Source: Takakia lepidozioides (Eukaryota > Plantae > Bryophyta). From it: a DNA stretch of 64,000 nucleotides. The position numbers and the translations under genes are program-made. Every line of letters begins with the position of its first letter. Positions within the stretch are counted from its first letter, which is position 1. The stretch lies in NCBI GenBank assembly GCA_030704615.1, contig CM060732.1:59644001-59708000 (forward strand), read 5' to 3'. Shown here one piece after another: positions 26,140 through 38,616 of the stretch. Below the pieces are notes generated by a model. It was not told the origin of the DNA. It made no database searches and saw only the letters and a list, made by a program, of their open reading frames with translations.

Positions 26140-28950
26140 CTAACGTACCGCCTTTCCATTCCTTTTTGTGGGCCTATTGTTGCCATGTCGAGGCCGTGGT
26201 GGAAAGTTGAAAGGGAAAGCCATTGGGTTAACCGGTGTTACGACAGGATGGGCTCTTGGAAGGCGAAAGCCGGCCTCCTCTAGCATGTCAATTTCCAGTT
26301 TGGAGAGTGCGGTTCCTAACTTAACTGGCCACACGGCTGGAATTTGAGGCTTCATTATTACAGATTCCCGAACGGTCCCCATGACACAGCGCACAATGTC
26401 ATCCGGACAGAACCAAAACTTGTGAGGCCTAGACTCCCGCGACTGGTAATGCTTGAACAACCCGGTGAATGTCCGGGCAGGAGTTGGGCAGGAGTTCCAC
26501 AAGTCCTTTTGGAAATTTGGGACTTGCACTTCTGGAACGAGGATACCCTAATAGCGGCACATTTGACTTTTGATCCATGGGGAGTCCGTTCTATATGCCA
26601 CATTGCGTCTGTACAGTCTAACTCCTCTACTGGCAGCATGTTCTCCCCTTCCCTGGGGACTGTGCTGGTTGGAGCCTCCTGAGGGAACGAAGGCGAAGAA
26701 GACTCCCCCACAAAGGGGGTGGCACCCACGAAAGTGGAGGGCACAAGCACACATGGTACCAAGAAGTTGTCATGATCGTGCCGGTGCGAATCTGCATCCA
26801 AGCCTGGTGGGGTGTCAAGTTTCCGTTTGCACGAACCAAACCTCTTCTCTCCTTCCAGATGTGCAAGCCGTGACTCCAATGGTGTTCCCATTGTGCACTC
26901 GTTCACAGCCCGTGCCATCTTAGTAGGATCTTTTAATCTGTTTGCAGCCCTGAGCAGCAACTCTGCCCTGTCTGGCCCCTTGCCTGCACCCCGTCCTCGA
27001 AGGAAATTTCGGTACCGTGTTTGTTGCGATAGCACGCGGGCCATATCATCAGATGATGCAACGTACAGATCCCGTCCGTTCTTCCCGAATTGCTTCATCC
27101 AAACAATGTGCACTGTCTCCGAAAGATTGCAGGAGGACATATCCGCAATTTTCGTCAGCGTCATATTCTGCAAGCAATGAGCTTTTCCAGTGAGCTTTCT
27201 TGTTTGAAGTGCAGTTGTAGTGGACAACAGCAGGCATCAAATGAATCAATCCCTCTTGACAAGTGAAGAAAAAAAACCCTCGGAGTCCCAAAACTTACTG
27301 TTGTCATGAAACCCCCCCACTGTCTGTACTGAAAATGCCAAAACCCAAACCAGTCGTCAAGCTCTTTAAGACCTTCCTGGCTTGCTGCATCCGAGGAGTA
27401 CCACCATGTTCGGATAGTTTGATACAGTGAGTTTACGTCATGCTCAGTCAATGCATCTTTGTACAAACGGCAGAGTCTCATGTGCTCGTCCTGCAATTCC
27501 ACTTTTATGCAACTTTTTGTATTCCTCACAAAGGACTGCATCCAATGAAAGAGACAGGTGCGCTCCCTACCTTCCATAGGGGTTTTGGGGTCTCCAGAAC
27601 CAAACACACACCTCACTGCATTCCAGTTTGTCTGTGCGTTGTCAGCCATGAATCCATTGAAGTTTGGATCAGGCACACCATTCAATGTCATCACGTTGAC
27701 AAGGGACGTCCACATCAGAATTTGAGATTCGGTGTCCTCGGACTGCATGTCACAAACTGCTATAGGCGTGACTCTTTGGTAAGTTGGATTGTACACATGA
27801 CAAGCCATGGTTGTCCAGTCCTTAACACGTTTGACATGGTCGAACATCAGCTACGATTTCTCCAGATCTCCTCCAGGCTGCATTCTTCGGACCAGGCTAA
27901 CCCCACTACAGGCTTCCTCCACCGTCGACATTTTGAACAAGTACACTTTCATGGATCCCTTGCCTAGGAAGACACTATCCTGAATGAAGTCATATTTGCT
28001 TCTACGCTTCAAATCCAGAATGCTATCGACAGAACCTTTGTTCCCTGGGCCCATTCGCAGTGCGTTGATGTGGTTCCGGACATCGGGACTGCTTAAAGTT
28101 GAGAAATGATCAATCACAGCCTCCAGGTTTGAGGAGTCCAGCTTCGATGAGGTGACATCTGGTTCCCCAAGAATATATATTTGCAAGAACGTCTTGCTTG
28201 TTGCAAGGGCGATGGCTGAAGGCGAAGCATTCGGAGCATTGTGGACTTCCTGCTGCATGAGTCCTCGAGCGGTTTCTATACCGTCTCTGCAATCTCCTTT
28301 GCACACCGGGTGATCGTGATTCCCGAAATGTATACAAGCTCAAGAAAGGGTGGGGCAACGATGAAGCACGTAGTACATGCGAGCCTTGCATGTGGCAATG
28401 CATGTTGGGACCAATTTGCAGAACCTGCAGATGAATGAAGTGCTACTGGGAGGGGCACAGCCCACTCCGAATGGATTTTCTGCATAGCCTTCCCACTTTG
28501 TTTCATTTGCGGAACCACTCAATCTCAGGCCATTGCAATCTGCATTTGTACATCTCAGATGCCCCACACAAATTGATCTCTGAAACTTCAAACCATAAGG
28601 ATTGTGTATGTTGGTAGTTTTTGTCGTGCACCAAGGGTGTCCATCATGTTTCTTGTCCATACCTTGCATCAAACCAGCCAAACCACCACACGAGGTTGGA
28701 GGGAGTAACTCAAAAAGGACATCACCATCGAACTCCGCCGGCAAGCATTTTTCTCTTTGAATTCGAATGATCCCCCACGCAATCCCACGCACATCACTCC
28801 TGCTATTAGGCAAGCCTTTTAGAGAGTGCAACTTTGGAATGACACTGGCAATCTCTTGAACATCTTGGTCCACATAAGCACAGGGGTTTAGGAGGTGGAA
28901 GGATCTCTGAAATGTCCTCATCGGAGCTTTCTGAGCACTAGAAGCATTCG
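26140..28950 (-). mobile_element. Mutator-like (MULE) transposase pseudogene with WRKY/GCM-type zinc finger
   Basis: DGHPWCTTKTTN...CVGHLRC...C..C...C...HDHP (28921-28300); DDE core MFDHVKRV...GFMADNAQ...TCLFHW (27847-27300); C-terminal Cys module FWFCPDDIVRC; stops/frameshifts and a probable intron donor at ~27298. Confidence 0.78.
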
Positions 28951-29404
28951 TGTCTTTTCCGAATCGACTAGGTGTCCGCCAACCACTTCGGGAACCACTT
29001 GGCAGTAAGCGGGACTACTGGAGAGTCGAAACGGACAATGTAGGCCCACAGGGGCATTTCAGACGGCGGGCAGAAGTGGGGTCAATGACTCCGGAGTCGT
29101 AGCAAAAATCCGGGCTATTTAATTAATTACGTAAACACATAATATTTGAAAAAATAGAAATTACAAGTGGTTCTAATTACTGCACATGCGACTAGAAATT
29201 TTCATTCATAATTTGATTAATGGAATAAATATATTTAGTGGATATGTAGTCGACTCAACGACTCCATGAACCATTGTGCATTGATTGCACCCGTGATTCA
29301 AGGCCACATTTGCTGACGTGTGTTTCACAAAAACAGGTAAAGAAAATGTGGCCTTGGGGGAATAGATATTTTAATATGTACTGCCTCCACCTGGAAGTGA
29401 CATA

Positions 29405-29448
29405 GAAGGTCCATGGTGACATCGTGAAAGCTGGAATTGTAGGGTTTG
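29405..29448 (+). pseudogene. PPR fragment (left half of the LTR target site)
   Basis: KVHGDIVKAGIVGF continues after the LTR element as VVLNTALVDIYAECGSIEDA. Confidence 0.8.
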
Positions 29449-30127
29449 TGTCGCGCACCTCACTTCGGTAAGCTCCCCCTCAAGTCATAGTTACTCGCTT
29501 TGATGCGCGCGCCTGACTCCCAACCTGGCCGCCGGGCCAACTTGGAGCTTCGGCTGCTCACCGGGGCATAACGGTCCCCCTTTGTTCTCCCAAAGAACCC
29601 TCCACCGATTTGGAACCAGCGGGAATTCCCTTTGGTAGTTGGCAGTCCGGAACAGCTCCCCACTCTTTGGTCGCTTTCCGGCTCGCTCGCTTACTCACTA
29701 GTTGGTCACCAACGGGCTTGCACCGTTCTCGGGGTTACTACTCCCTATATATACTTCTGTAGTTGTCCGCGGGGGTTTCACAACCAGCCATGCCATTTTA
29801 TGGCGAACCACCACGAAAACCCTCGACTCCCGGTGATGAGTCGCGGTGAGTCTTGGCCCACTCACCACAGCCCTTATGGACCGCGATGAGTCCCAAGACT
29901 CCCCACGACTCCCACCACGAGGTCTCCGCCCCCATGGTGAGTCCTATGCCACCCCCACCGCAACCCGGTGTGCGGGGCTCCACCTAGTGAGCGCCTCCGC
30001 CTCCTTGAGTGCCTTGGGCACTCAAGGGTGCTTCAGCCCCCCGTACCTATCGCTGCCACTGCCCCCACCACAGGGGCAGCCCCTCATGTGTCCCGACCCC
30101 CTGCCCTCAAGGCAAAGGGCCGCGACA
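29449..30127 (-). repeat. 3' LTR (679 bp)
   Basis: TGTCGCGC...CGCGACA; adjacent PPT GGTAGGGGTGTG (30139-30128). Confidence 0.95.
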
Positions 30128-31030
30128 CACACCCCTACCAACAGGGAGTCGATGTCCTCATCGACTTGTCTATTTTGTAGAAATGAACATCCAAGTTGTG
30201 GCGTCCCACATCAAGGAGTTTGTTTCCGTACCATGGCGTCCCATGGTAAAGAACCAAACCCCACACTTGACTCTACTCTCCACTAGCTAGTTCGGCCGAC
30301 TTCCTCCAAGTCCCGGCCAAGGGTGGAGCCTCTCCAGCTCCTCCCAGTGCACTCTTCTTGGCCTACTTCAAGGCCAAAGAACGATCCTCCCCGAGGATCG
30401 AATCGCCTTACCGCAACAACATTGCTTGCGATCGCTCATGATGCCGCTTTTGGCATCACCTTGAGCAAGGGTTCACCTGGAACCCTCTTTGTCTAGGAAG
30501 ATAACCTTGAACCAACCGTGTGCCCCAATCACTACAATTGGGTCCGCCTTGGAATGCTGGCCTGAGGACGGGAACACGCCGAAGTCGCACTACGACTTCG
30601 TCCCGAGGCTACACGATTATAGTACGTGAACGGAAGCACTTAGCTTCCGTGTTAGCCCGCACTACAAGGCAACCCCCTCGGTAGCGCAGTTATAGTATGC
30701 GCACGCGCTAGATGCGCACTAGCACGTGAACTCCCAAAGAAGGCGCCAGTTTCCTTGTCCCTTGGATGGGGGTCACCCGATTTCGGCACTACGCAAACAC
30801 ACATTAACCCAATTTACCTCTCCCACTTTTATAAGCTAGCATGCATTCTACACACTAGCCAACCATACCATGCATCACCATTCCAAACAAAATAGGACGC
30901 ACAACATTTGGAAGCCATTTCATTTATAGCACGTTTTGTACAATACAAGTTTTTGCAATCGGATTCCTAAGCTAGCTAAGCCGGGCTAAGCATGCATTTC
31001 CTCCCCCACGCTCCAAGGTTGATGTCCCCA

Positions 31031-34000
31031 TCAACGCTTCTTCCGCTTTTGAGGTCGTCCTTTGAAAGCTGCAACCGCCTCGGATGCGTTTCCCATTTCT
31101 GAGGCACGCACCCAAGATGCCTCCACATGATGATAGCCCTTCCATTTGACGAGATACTCTGTTTCTCGGTTCTTGAACCTCCTCGACTTAAGTATTGCCT
31201 CCACCTCGTACTCAGGTTCATTTTCATGATCCAACAGCATAGGTGGCGGACGCAACACTTGATGCCGATTCGGACGTGCTTCATCTTTGAAGTAAGGCTT
31301 CAAAAGGGAGACATGGAATACTGGGTGCACCTTGCTGTTTGCCGACAGCTCCAATTCATACACATCCTCATTCATAACCTTCCGAATGCGAAAGGGTCCC
31401 GCATACGGAGGTACGAACTTCGGACTCACTTCCGGAGGTAGTCGGAAATTCTTGATGTTCAACCAGACCTTCGTGCCTGCTTCAAACTTCACTTCCCTCC
31501 GCTTCCGATTCGCCTGCCTTTCATACCGTTTCCTAGCTTTGGCAATGTTGTACTTTGCGAGCTTCAATAAACGCTCGCGTTCTTCCAGTACCGCCGCTAC
31601 TGCCGGTTCCTCAACGTCCTGGGCGGCCCAACTTGTCGGCACCAGAGGTGCTTTTCCATAGACCAATACAAAAGGGGAAACTCCCGTTGCGGAGTGTTCT
31701 GTGTTATTATAACAGAACTCTGCCGCGTCTAAGTGTTCCACCCAGTCTGTTTGGTCTGCCGACACGTAATTCCGCAAGATCTGCTTCACTACGGAATTCA
31801 CTCTTTCTGTTTGGCCGTCGGTCGTAGGTCGGAAGGCGGTGCTCATCTTCAGCCTCGTCCCCATCTTCTTCCAAAGTGCCCTCCAAAATTTACTCGTAAA
31901 CTTTGGATCGCGGTCCGAGACAATATCCTTCGGGACTCCATGATGCTTTAAGACGTGGGCGAAGTAAAGTCGCCCTGTCTCCTGCGCCGTTGCCGTCTCC
32001 TTGGTGGGGATGAAATGGCCCATTTTACTGAACCTATCCACCACCACCATGATTGCATCGAATCCTTTTGACAGCGGCATAGCAGTCATGAAATCCATCG
32101 AGACGCTTTCCCAAGTCCCCTCTGGAATCGGCAAGGGTTGTAACAGCCCCGCTTGTTTTTGTACTCGCTCCGGTTTTGTTGGCATGTGGTGCATGTCTTG
32201 ACATACTCCTCTGCCTCCTCCCTCAGTTTGGGCCAGAAATACTCTTTCTTCAAGAGTGCCGCAGTGCGCTTGGCTCCGCCGTGGCCCGCAAGCGGGCTAT
32301 CATGGCATTCTCTCAAGAGGCTATCTCTGATCCCTCCCTTCGGCACGTAGAGACGCTTTTGCTTATACCGGAGCAGTCCATTTTGCAAGTGGAACTGCGA
32401 TTTAACCCCCATCCTCAAGTCCTGCATCACGGACTTCGCCAGCTCATCCTTCCGGCAAGCCTTTCGGATCTTCCTTTGGAGCGCCGTCTCGCCCTTGTAC
32501 ACCAACAAGAGCTGCTGCTTTCTACTTAAAGCATCGGCCACCCGTTGTCTCGTCCCGGTTTGTACTGGATATCCACGTCGAACACCGCCAAAGTATCTTG
32601 CCACCTAAGTTGTTTTGGGGACAACTTGGGCTGCGTGGCAAAATACTTCACCGTGACATTGTCCGTGAACACCTTCACTGGGTTGGAACCAACATAGTGG
32701 CGCCAAAGCTCAAGACAGTGCACCACCGCCTTCATCTCTTTCTCGTGCGTCGGCCACCGTCGCTCCACTTCATTCAGTTTCTTACTTTCGTAAGCCACTG
32801 GACGTCCATCTTGCATCAGTACACCCCCAATCGCGAAGTCCGACGCATCTGTATGTATCTCGAACGGACGATCGAACTCCGGGATTTTCAAGACTGGAGC
32901 TTCCGCCATCCGCTGCTTCAATTCAGCAAAAGCTTGGCCACAAAAGGTGTTCCATGCCCAGACTTTAGATTTACACAGAAGGTCTGACAGCGGCCCCGCG
33001 ATTTTGGCGAAATTTCTCACATACTTCCGGTAATAGGAGGCGAGTCCTAGGAAGGATCGCACTCCCGGGACCGAAGTCGGAGGCTCCCAGTCCAAGATCG
33101 CCCTCACCTTTCTGTCATCCATTTTGATCCCATCCTGTGTAATCACATGCCCCAGGAACTCCACTTTTGTGACCCCGAATTCGCACTTTGAAGCTTTGGC
33201 AACAGCTTCCCTTCTCGCAATTTTTGGAACACCCTTTTCAGGTGCTCCAGGTGCTCCAGGTGCTCTTTTGTTTTCGAGTACACCAAGATGTCGTCGATGT
33301 ACACGATCACAAAGTCATCCAACCACTCCTGGAAAAGGCTGTTCATCAGCGTGCTAAATGTCGCTGGTGCATTGGTGAGCCCAAAAGGCATCACCAAGAA
33401 CTCATATGAACCATACCTTGTCCTGCACGCGGTCTTCTCCTCATCTCCTTCCGCCACCCGAATTTGATGATAGCCGGAGCGCAAGTCGATCCGGCTGAAA
33501 TACTTCGCTCCTGCCAACCGATCAAAGAGGTCGTCGATCCTTGGCAAAGGGTACCGGTTTTTGATAGTCACCTTATTCGGAGCCCTGTAATCGACACACA
33601 TCCGCAGCGTCCCATCCTTTTGTCTGCAAATAGCACCGGGGCTCCGTAAGGTGACTTACTCGGCCGGATGTACCCCTTTGACATTAGATCTTTGAGCTGA
33701 GTCTTCAGCTCGACCAACTCTCTGTGGCTCAACCGGTAGGGCGCCTTGGCAGGCGGTTCCGATCCCGGTATCACCTCAATCTTGTGGTCAACTCCTCTTC
33801 GCGGTGGCAAGCCGCTTGGTAAATCCTCCGGCATCACATCCTGGTATTTCTCCAAAATTCCCCTTGATCCAATCTGGGCTCGGCTCCCCATCGCCTTCTC
33901 CCTTTACTTCTCTAATGTAAAGCAAAAACTGGGGCTCGTGTGCCTCCTCCACGGCCCACTCCCTTGCTGACAGAAGGTTTATTCGCCCTCCCACGGATTT

Positions 34001-34579
34001 GGGCGTTTCCGACACTCGTAAGACCTCGCCACCATTCCCACATGGCAGCGTGACTACTCTCTTGCGGCCATCTATGACCGCTCCGGATTTGCTCAAAAAG
34101 GTCATCCCCAAAATGAGATCCACTCCATCGATCTCGCAGATGGTGAAGTTCTCACGTCCCTCCCAACTCCCCAGTTGAAGAGGAACATCAAACGCCAACC
34201 TTGTCGCCAACTGTGGTTCTCCTTTGGCAGAACGCACCTCAATAGAGGCCCCCACGTCACTTGTCGGGAGTCCCAGCTTTTGTGCCGTTGCCGGTGTCAT
34301 GAAGGAGTGCGACGCTCCTGTGTCCACCAACAACGACACGTTAGTTCCGGATATTATCCCATCCACGAACAATAACTGACTCCCTTTACGTAAGGCGCCA
34401 GTTTCCTGATACAACTCACAAGAAAATTTGCCTACCTTGCAAGTCCTGGCGACCACCGCTTCCACCAAGCGACTGATGGTATCTTCCGACAGCTCTGTGG
34501 TCGCCCGAGTCATGTTCAATTGTCGGGGCTTCGTGCACTTCTTGGCCATGTGCCCGGGCTCCCCGCAATTGAAACACAC
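31031..34579 (-). pseudogene. Frameshifted pol: zinc knuckle, protease, RT, RNase H, integrase, chromodomain
   Basis: CFNCGEPGHMAKKC; LVDTGASHSF; YIDDIL; TDASDFAIG; H..PLAGH/CTTCQ; SMDF..VDRFSK..SDRD..DGQTERVN; YAGPF; EYEVEAIL...YLVKWKGY...SW. Confidence 0.95.
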
Positions 34580-35586
34580 TCCATCAAAGGTCGCCTTCTG
34601 TCCGCCATAGGCCGCTCCACCCGCTTTTCCTTTCGAAGCACCGGGTGCCGCCTTGACTTGTGAAGGCCCTCCCTTCGATTTCCACGTGCCATTGTCGCCG
34701 CGTGGCCTATCCCACTTCTTTTCCGGTCGGAAGGAGTCACCTTCCCGCCGGGTCTTAGCTCCGTACGGCCTTGTCTTTCACCCCTAGGGACATCTGAGAA
34801 ACATTCAGCCCTCTCAATTGCCTCGTTCAAAGTCTTAGGTGGCTTCTCCTCCAACTTCCGCCTGGCCCATGGGGCCAGTCCCGCCACAAAGTTGAAGACC
34901 ATTTCCGGTTCTGCCATGTCCGCGACTTCGAGCAAAAGCACATTGAAAGCCTGGACATATCCCCGAATGTCATCTGTTTGCTTCAAATTCCTCATCTTGT
35001 CCCGGGCAAGCCAGGACGCGTTGAGGGGCACAAACTGTCTCTTCATCAATTCCTTGAACCCACTCCAGTTCAAGGTTTCCGGGCTTGGACCTTGGTCGTG
35101 AAGGCGTTTCTGCCACCATTGTTGAGCATAGCCCCTCAAATAGGTGGGAGCCACTTCCACCCGATCCTCGTCACTCAACTTGGCCGCCCGGAAGTACTGC
35201 TCTAGCTCCAGGAGCCAGGTGTTGAGTGCCTTCCGATTTCGGACGCCCTCGAAGGTGCCGGGTTCCTTAGGCTTCACCTTAAACTTTGCCTTAGTGGAAG
35301 TGGCATTAGCCGCCTTCAACACGTCTTTCAACGTCCCGCCAAACTGCGCCAACAACCCTTCCCAAAAGGCTGCCGGCATGGGAGGCATCTCTTGGTTTGT
35401 CGGAGCTCTCAAGGATTCCTCGGGCTCCGACTCCTCAGATTCCTCCCGCTCTTGAGCGGCCTCGTTTTCAGAAACATGCATCGCTTCCTCAAACGGCCGC
35501 CTCGGTGACACGTCGCCCCCATCGGGCTCACCAGGATCATCATCTTTTGGGCCGTTCCGCTTTCGCTTTGGCTTGCCCGACCCCAT
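34580..35586 (-). pseudogene. gag (retrotransposon capsid), frameshifted before the zinc knuckle
   Basis: PGTFEG...WLLELEQYF...YLRGYAQQWW...LKQT..IRGYVQAF...FVAGL. Confidence 0.9.
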
Positions 35587-35627
35587 GATGAGGCCAATCC
35601 CAAGGACGATCGCGTACTGAACTCTAA

Positions 35628-35639
35628 GCTCTGATACCA
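35628..35639 (-). other. Primer binding site (tRNA-iMet)
   Basis: TGGTATCAGAGC just inside the 5' LTR. Confidence 0.92.
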
Positions 35640-35641
35640 AG

Positions 35642-36368
35642 TGTCGCGCACCTCACTTCGGTAAGCTCCCCCTCAAGTCATAGTTACTCGCTTTGATGCG
35701 CGCGCCTGACTCCCAACCTGGCCGCCGGGCCAACTTGGAGCTTCGGCTGCTCACCGGGGCATAACGGTCCCCCTTTGTTCTCCCAAAGAACCCTCCACCG
35801 ATTTGGAACCAGCGGGAATTCCCTTTGGTAGTTGGCAGTCCGGAACAGCTCCCCACTCTTTGGTCGCTTTCCGGCTCGCTCGCTTACTCACTAGTTTTTG
35901 GTCACCAACGGGCTTGCACCGTTCTCGGGGTTACTACTCCCTATATATACTTCTGTAGCTGTCCGCGGGGGTTTCACAACCAGCCATGCCATTTTATGGC
36001 GAACCACCACGAAAACCCTCGACTCCCGGTGATGAGTCGCGGTGAGTCTTGGCCCACTCACCACGGCCCTTATGGACCGTGATGAGTCCCAAGACTCCCC
36101 ACGACTCCCACCACGAGGTCTCCGCCCCCATGGTGAGTCCTATGCCACCCCCACTAAGTCCCGCTAAGCTACCACCACCCTTTGTGGAGCCACCCCCACC
36201 GCAACCCGGTGTGCGGGGCTCCACCTAGTGAGCGCCTCCGCCTCCTTGAGTGCCTTGGGCACTCAAGGGTGCTTCAGCCCCCCATACCTATCGCTGCCAC
36301 TGCCCCCACCACAGGGGCAGCCCCTCATGTGTCCCGACCCCCTGCCCTCAAGGCAAAGGGCCGCGACA
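35642..36368 (-). repeat. 5' LTR (727 bp)
   Basis: Matches the 3' LTR except ~4 substitutions, a 3-bp and a 45-bp indel. Confidence 0.95.
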
Positions 36369-37405
36369 GTTTGTCGTTCTAAACACTGCCCTGGTGGACA
36401 TATATGCCGAATGCGGGAGCATTGAAGATGCGATGGTAGTGTTCGACTGTGGCTCAACGAGATGTGGTGTCGTGGAGTGTGATGATCGCATTGGCAACAA
36501 GGCGAGGATGTATGCATGATTTGTGCAGAGGCAGTGATAGCTGAAGGAGCAGGATAGAGTGTGGGTCCATATTCATCCAAGAGGGTCGGATTTCAAGCTC
36601 CAGATTACCTATGGATCCCTGTGGAAGGATAGCTACAAGAAACCTCCATGGGTAGATGGTTAGCTGGAAGCGGCAGCTGTAACGGCACAGTTGATAAAAT
36701 CAGGCACCTCAACCATGACCACAGCTTCTGAAAGAGGATCAAGAGAGGGAGTCCACAATGCCTCTTCTGGCACTTATGGGCATGTGAAGATGCTTTATGA
36801 GGCAGGCAGACTGAAAGAGGCTCTACAGATTTTAAACCAAAGAGGCATTTTAGCAGATGTAGAACGTATGTGTGTCTCTTGCATAAGTGCATCAAGATGA
36901 AAGGCCTAGAAGTTGGAAAGCAGGAGCACACTCACATTGTCCAAAGTGGATTCACACCAAACGTTTTTCTGCTCAACAACCTTGTCAACATGTATGTTAA
37001 GGGGATCATCATGGATGATCACCAAGTGTTCAACACAGAATGCCTCAACGATCTTTGATCACGTGGAATATAATGTTGGCAGGATTAACAAGCATGGGCG
37101 TGGTACGAATGCTTTGGAGACCTGTGAGCAAATGATGCGCGAAGGGGTGAAGCCCAACCACATCGCGTTTGTATGTGTTTGCAATGCGTGTGCAAGCCTG
37201 GAAAAGGGGAACGAGGTCCATGGTGACATCGGTCAAAGCTGGAATTGCACTGGATGTCATTCTGAACACTGCCTTAACCTGGACATGTATGCCAAATGTG
37301 GATGCATTGAGGATGCAAAGGGAGTTTTCGACACTATGGCTGAACGAGATGTGGTGTTGTGGAGTGCGATGCTTGCAAGGTATGCACAACAGGGACGTGG
37401 GATGG
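36369..37405 (+). pseudogene. PPR fragment, then PDF exon - linker - PLS PPR N-terminus (best remnant of the source gene)
   Basis: 36374-36490 PPR; from 36571 IHPRGSDFKLQITYGSLWKDSYKKPPWVDG*LEAAAVTAQLIKSGTSTMTTASERGSREG...HVKMLYEAGRLKEALQILNQRG...CLLHKCIKMKGLEVGKQ.HTHIVQSGFTPNVFLLNNLVNMY...MYAKCGCIEDAKGVFDTMAERDVVLWSAML. Confidence 0.85.
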
Positions 37406-37424
37406 ACCCTACCCGAAAAGGGCT

Positions 37425-37492
37425 GTTTTATGACACCGCAGCGTGGCCCCGATGTCGACCCCCCCCCCCCCCTTTTTTTTTTTCCTGTAGTG
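37425..37492. mobile_element. Short CACTA right terminus (type C-like)
   Basis: ...GTCGACCCCCCCCCCCCCCTTTTTTTTTTTCCTGTAGTG. Confidence 0.55.
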
Positions 37493-37599
37493 GATGAAGT
37501 GGAAGAGGTTAGGTCGAGAGTTCGAAAGAATGGCAGAGGCATTTAGTAGAGGAGAAGATCGGGAAGAGGGAGAGTTAGTTTTTGTGGCTAGTGACGAGA

Positions 37600-38616
37600 A
37601 TGAGAAAAACGTTGCAAATTTGCGACCAATGGGGGTCGCAAAAAGACGAAACCGTGATTTGCGACGCTCGGGCGTCGCAAAAAAATAAAAATAAACCTAC
37701 TCTGCATTGCAGAATTAGCATCGTCCGGGGGTCGCAAAGTGCAACCCCCGGACGTCGCAATTTAAGGGGGTACATTTGAAAATTTGAATTGGAAATTTGA
37801 ATTTCAAAAACTTGTTGACCATGGACTCCGACGTTGACCATTCTGTCTAATGGCGATATATTCATTGTTCTACATATATCATGCAATGCTAAGACCTCCA
37901 TGTTATAACATTTCTAAGATATTACAGACTAATCAACACACACCTATGCTACATCTATGTATCACAAAACAATCTAAATATATATATATATATATGAAGA
38001 TTTTCTTCAAGTTCCTTCTAAGAAGGTCCCTCTTGTGACTCCTGGGAGTTGCAACCTCCACAACCTTAGTACCCAGCCCCAACACCAGCCCCAACGTCGT
38101 CACCGTTGTTGCACCCCCCCACCGCCAGGCGCCCCAAGCGATATCCTTGTGATGACATAAGCTGACTACAACACCATTGCGACCCCCTGGTGTCGCAACA
38201 TTGGCCGTCCCAGCGCGGGGCGCCCCCATCGACGCTTTTGTGAAGTTGAGGGCCGCAAAGCCAAAAAAAAAACAAAACAAACAAACTCTCATTATGGTGA
38301 TGTTGTTGCGACGCCCTGGCATCGCAGAGACGCCCTCGGTGACGCTTTTCCGATGCCAAGACGTCGCAACGTCCCAAAAAATAAAAAATAAAAAATAAAT
38401 TGCGAAGCCGAGGCGTCGCAAGAAAAAAAATCCGTCGCAGTGAGGGGCCTCTTTCCCCCTTCATGCCACCTTGCGACGGCTGGGCGTTGCAATGGTGTCG
38501 CAGCGGGGGATTGCGACGTCGGGGCGTCGCAAAAAAGTGCCGCGGGCTCAGCGCCACGCGGGGCATAGGGGCGCGGCTGGCGTTGCAACCCCCCCCCCCT
38601 CCCATTTGTTGTAGTG
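37600..38616. mobile_element. CACTA right terminus with GCGACG/CGTCGC subterminal repeats (type C)
   Basis: Ends GGCGTTGCAACCCCCCCCCCTCCCATTTGTTGTAGTG; resembles reverse complement of the 44290 terminus. Confidence 0.82.

Larger units (their letters stand above)
29449..36368 (-). mobile_element. Full-length Ty3/gypsy chromovirus LTR retrotransposon
   Basis: TG..CA LTRs, 5-bp TSD GTTTG (29444-29448, 36369-36373), Met-tRNA PBS, PPT, gag-PR-RT-RH-IN-chromodomain order. Confidence 0.97.
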
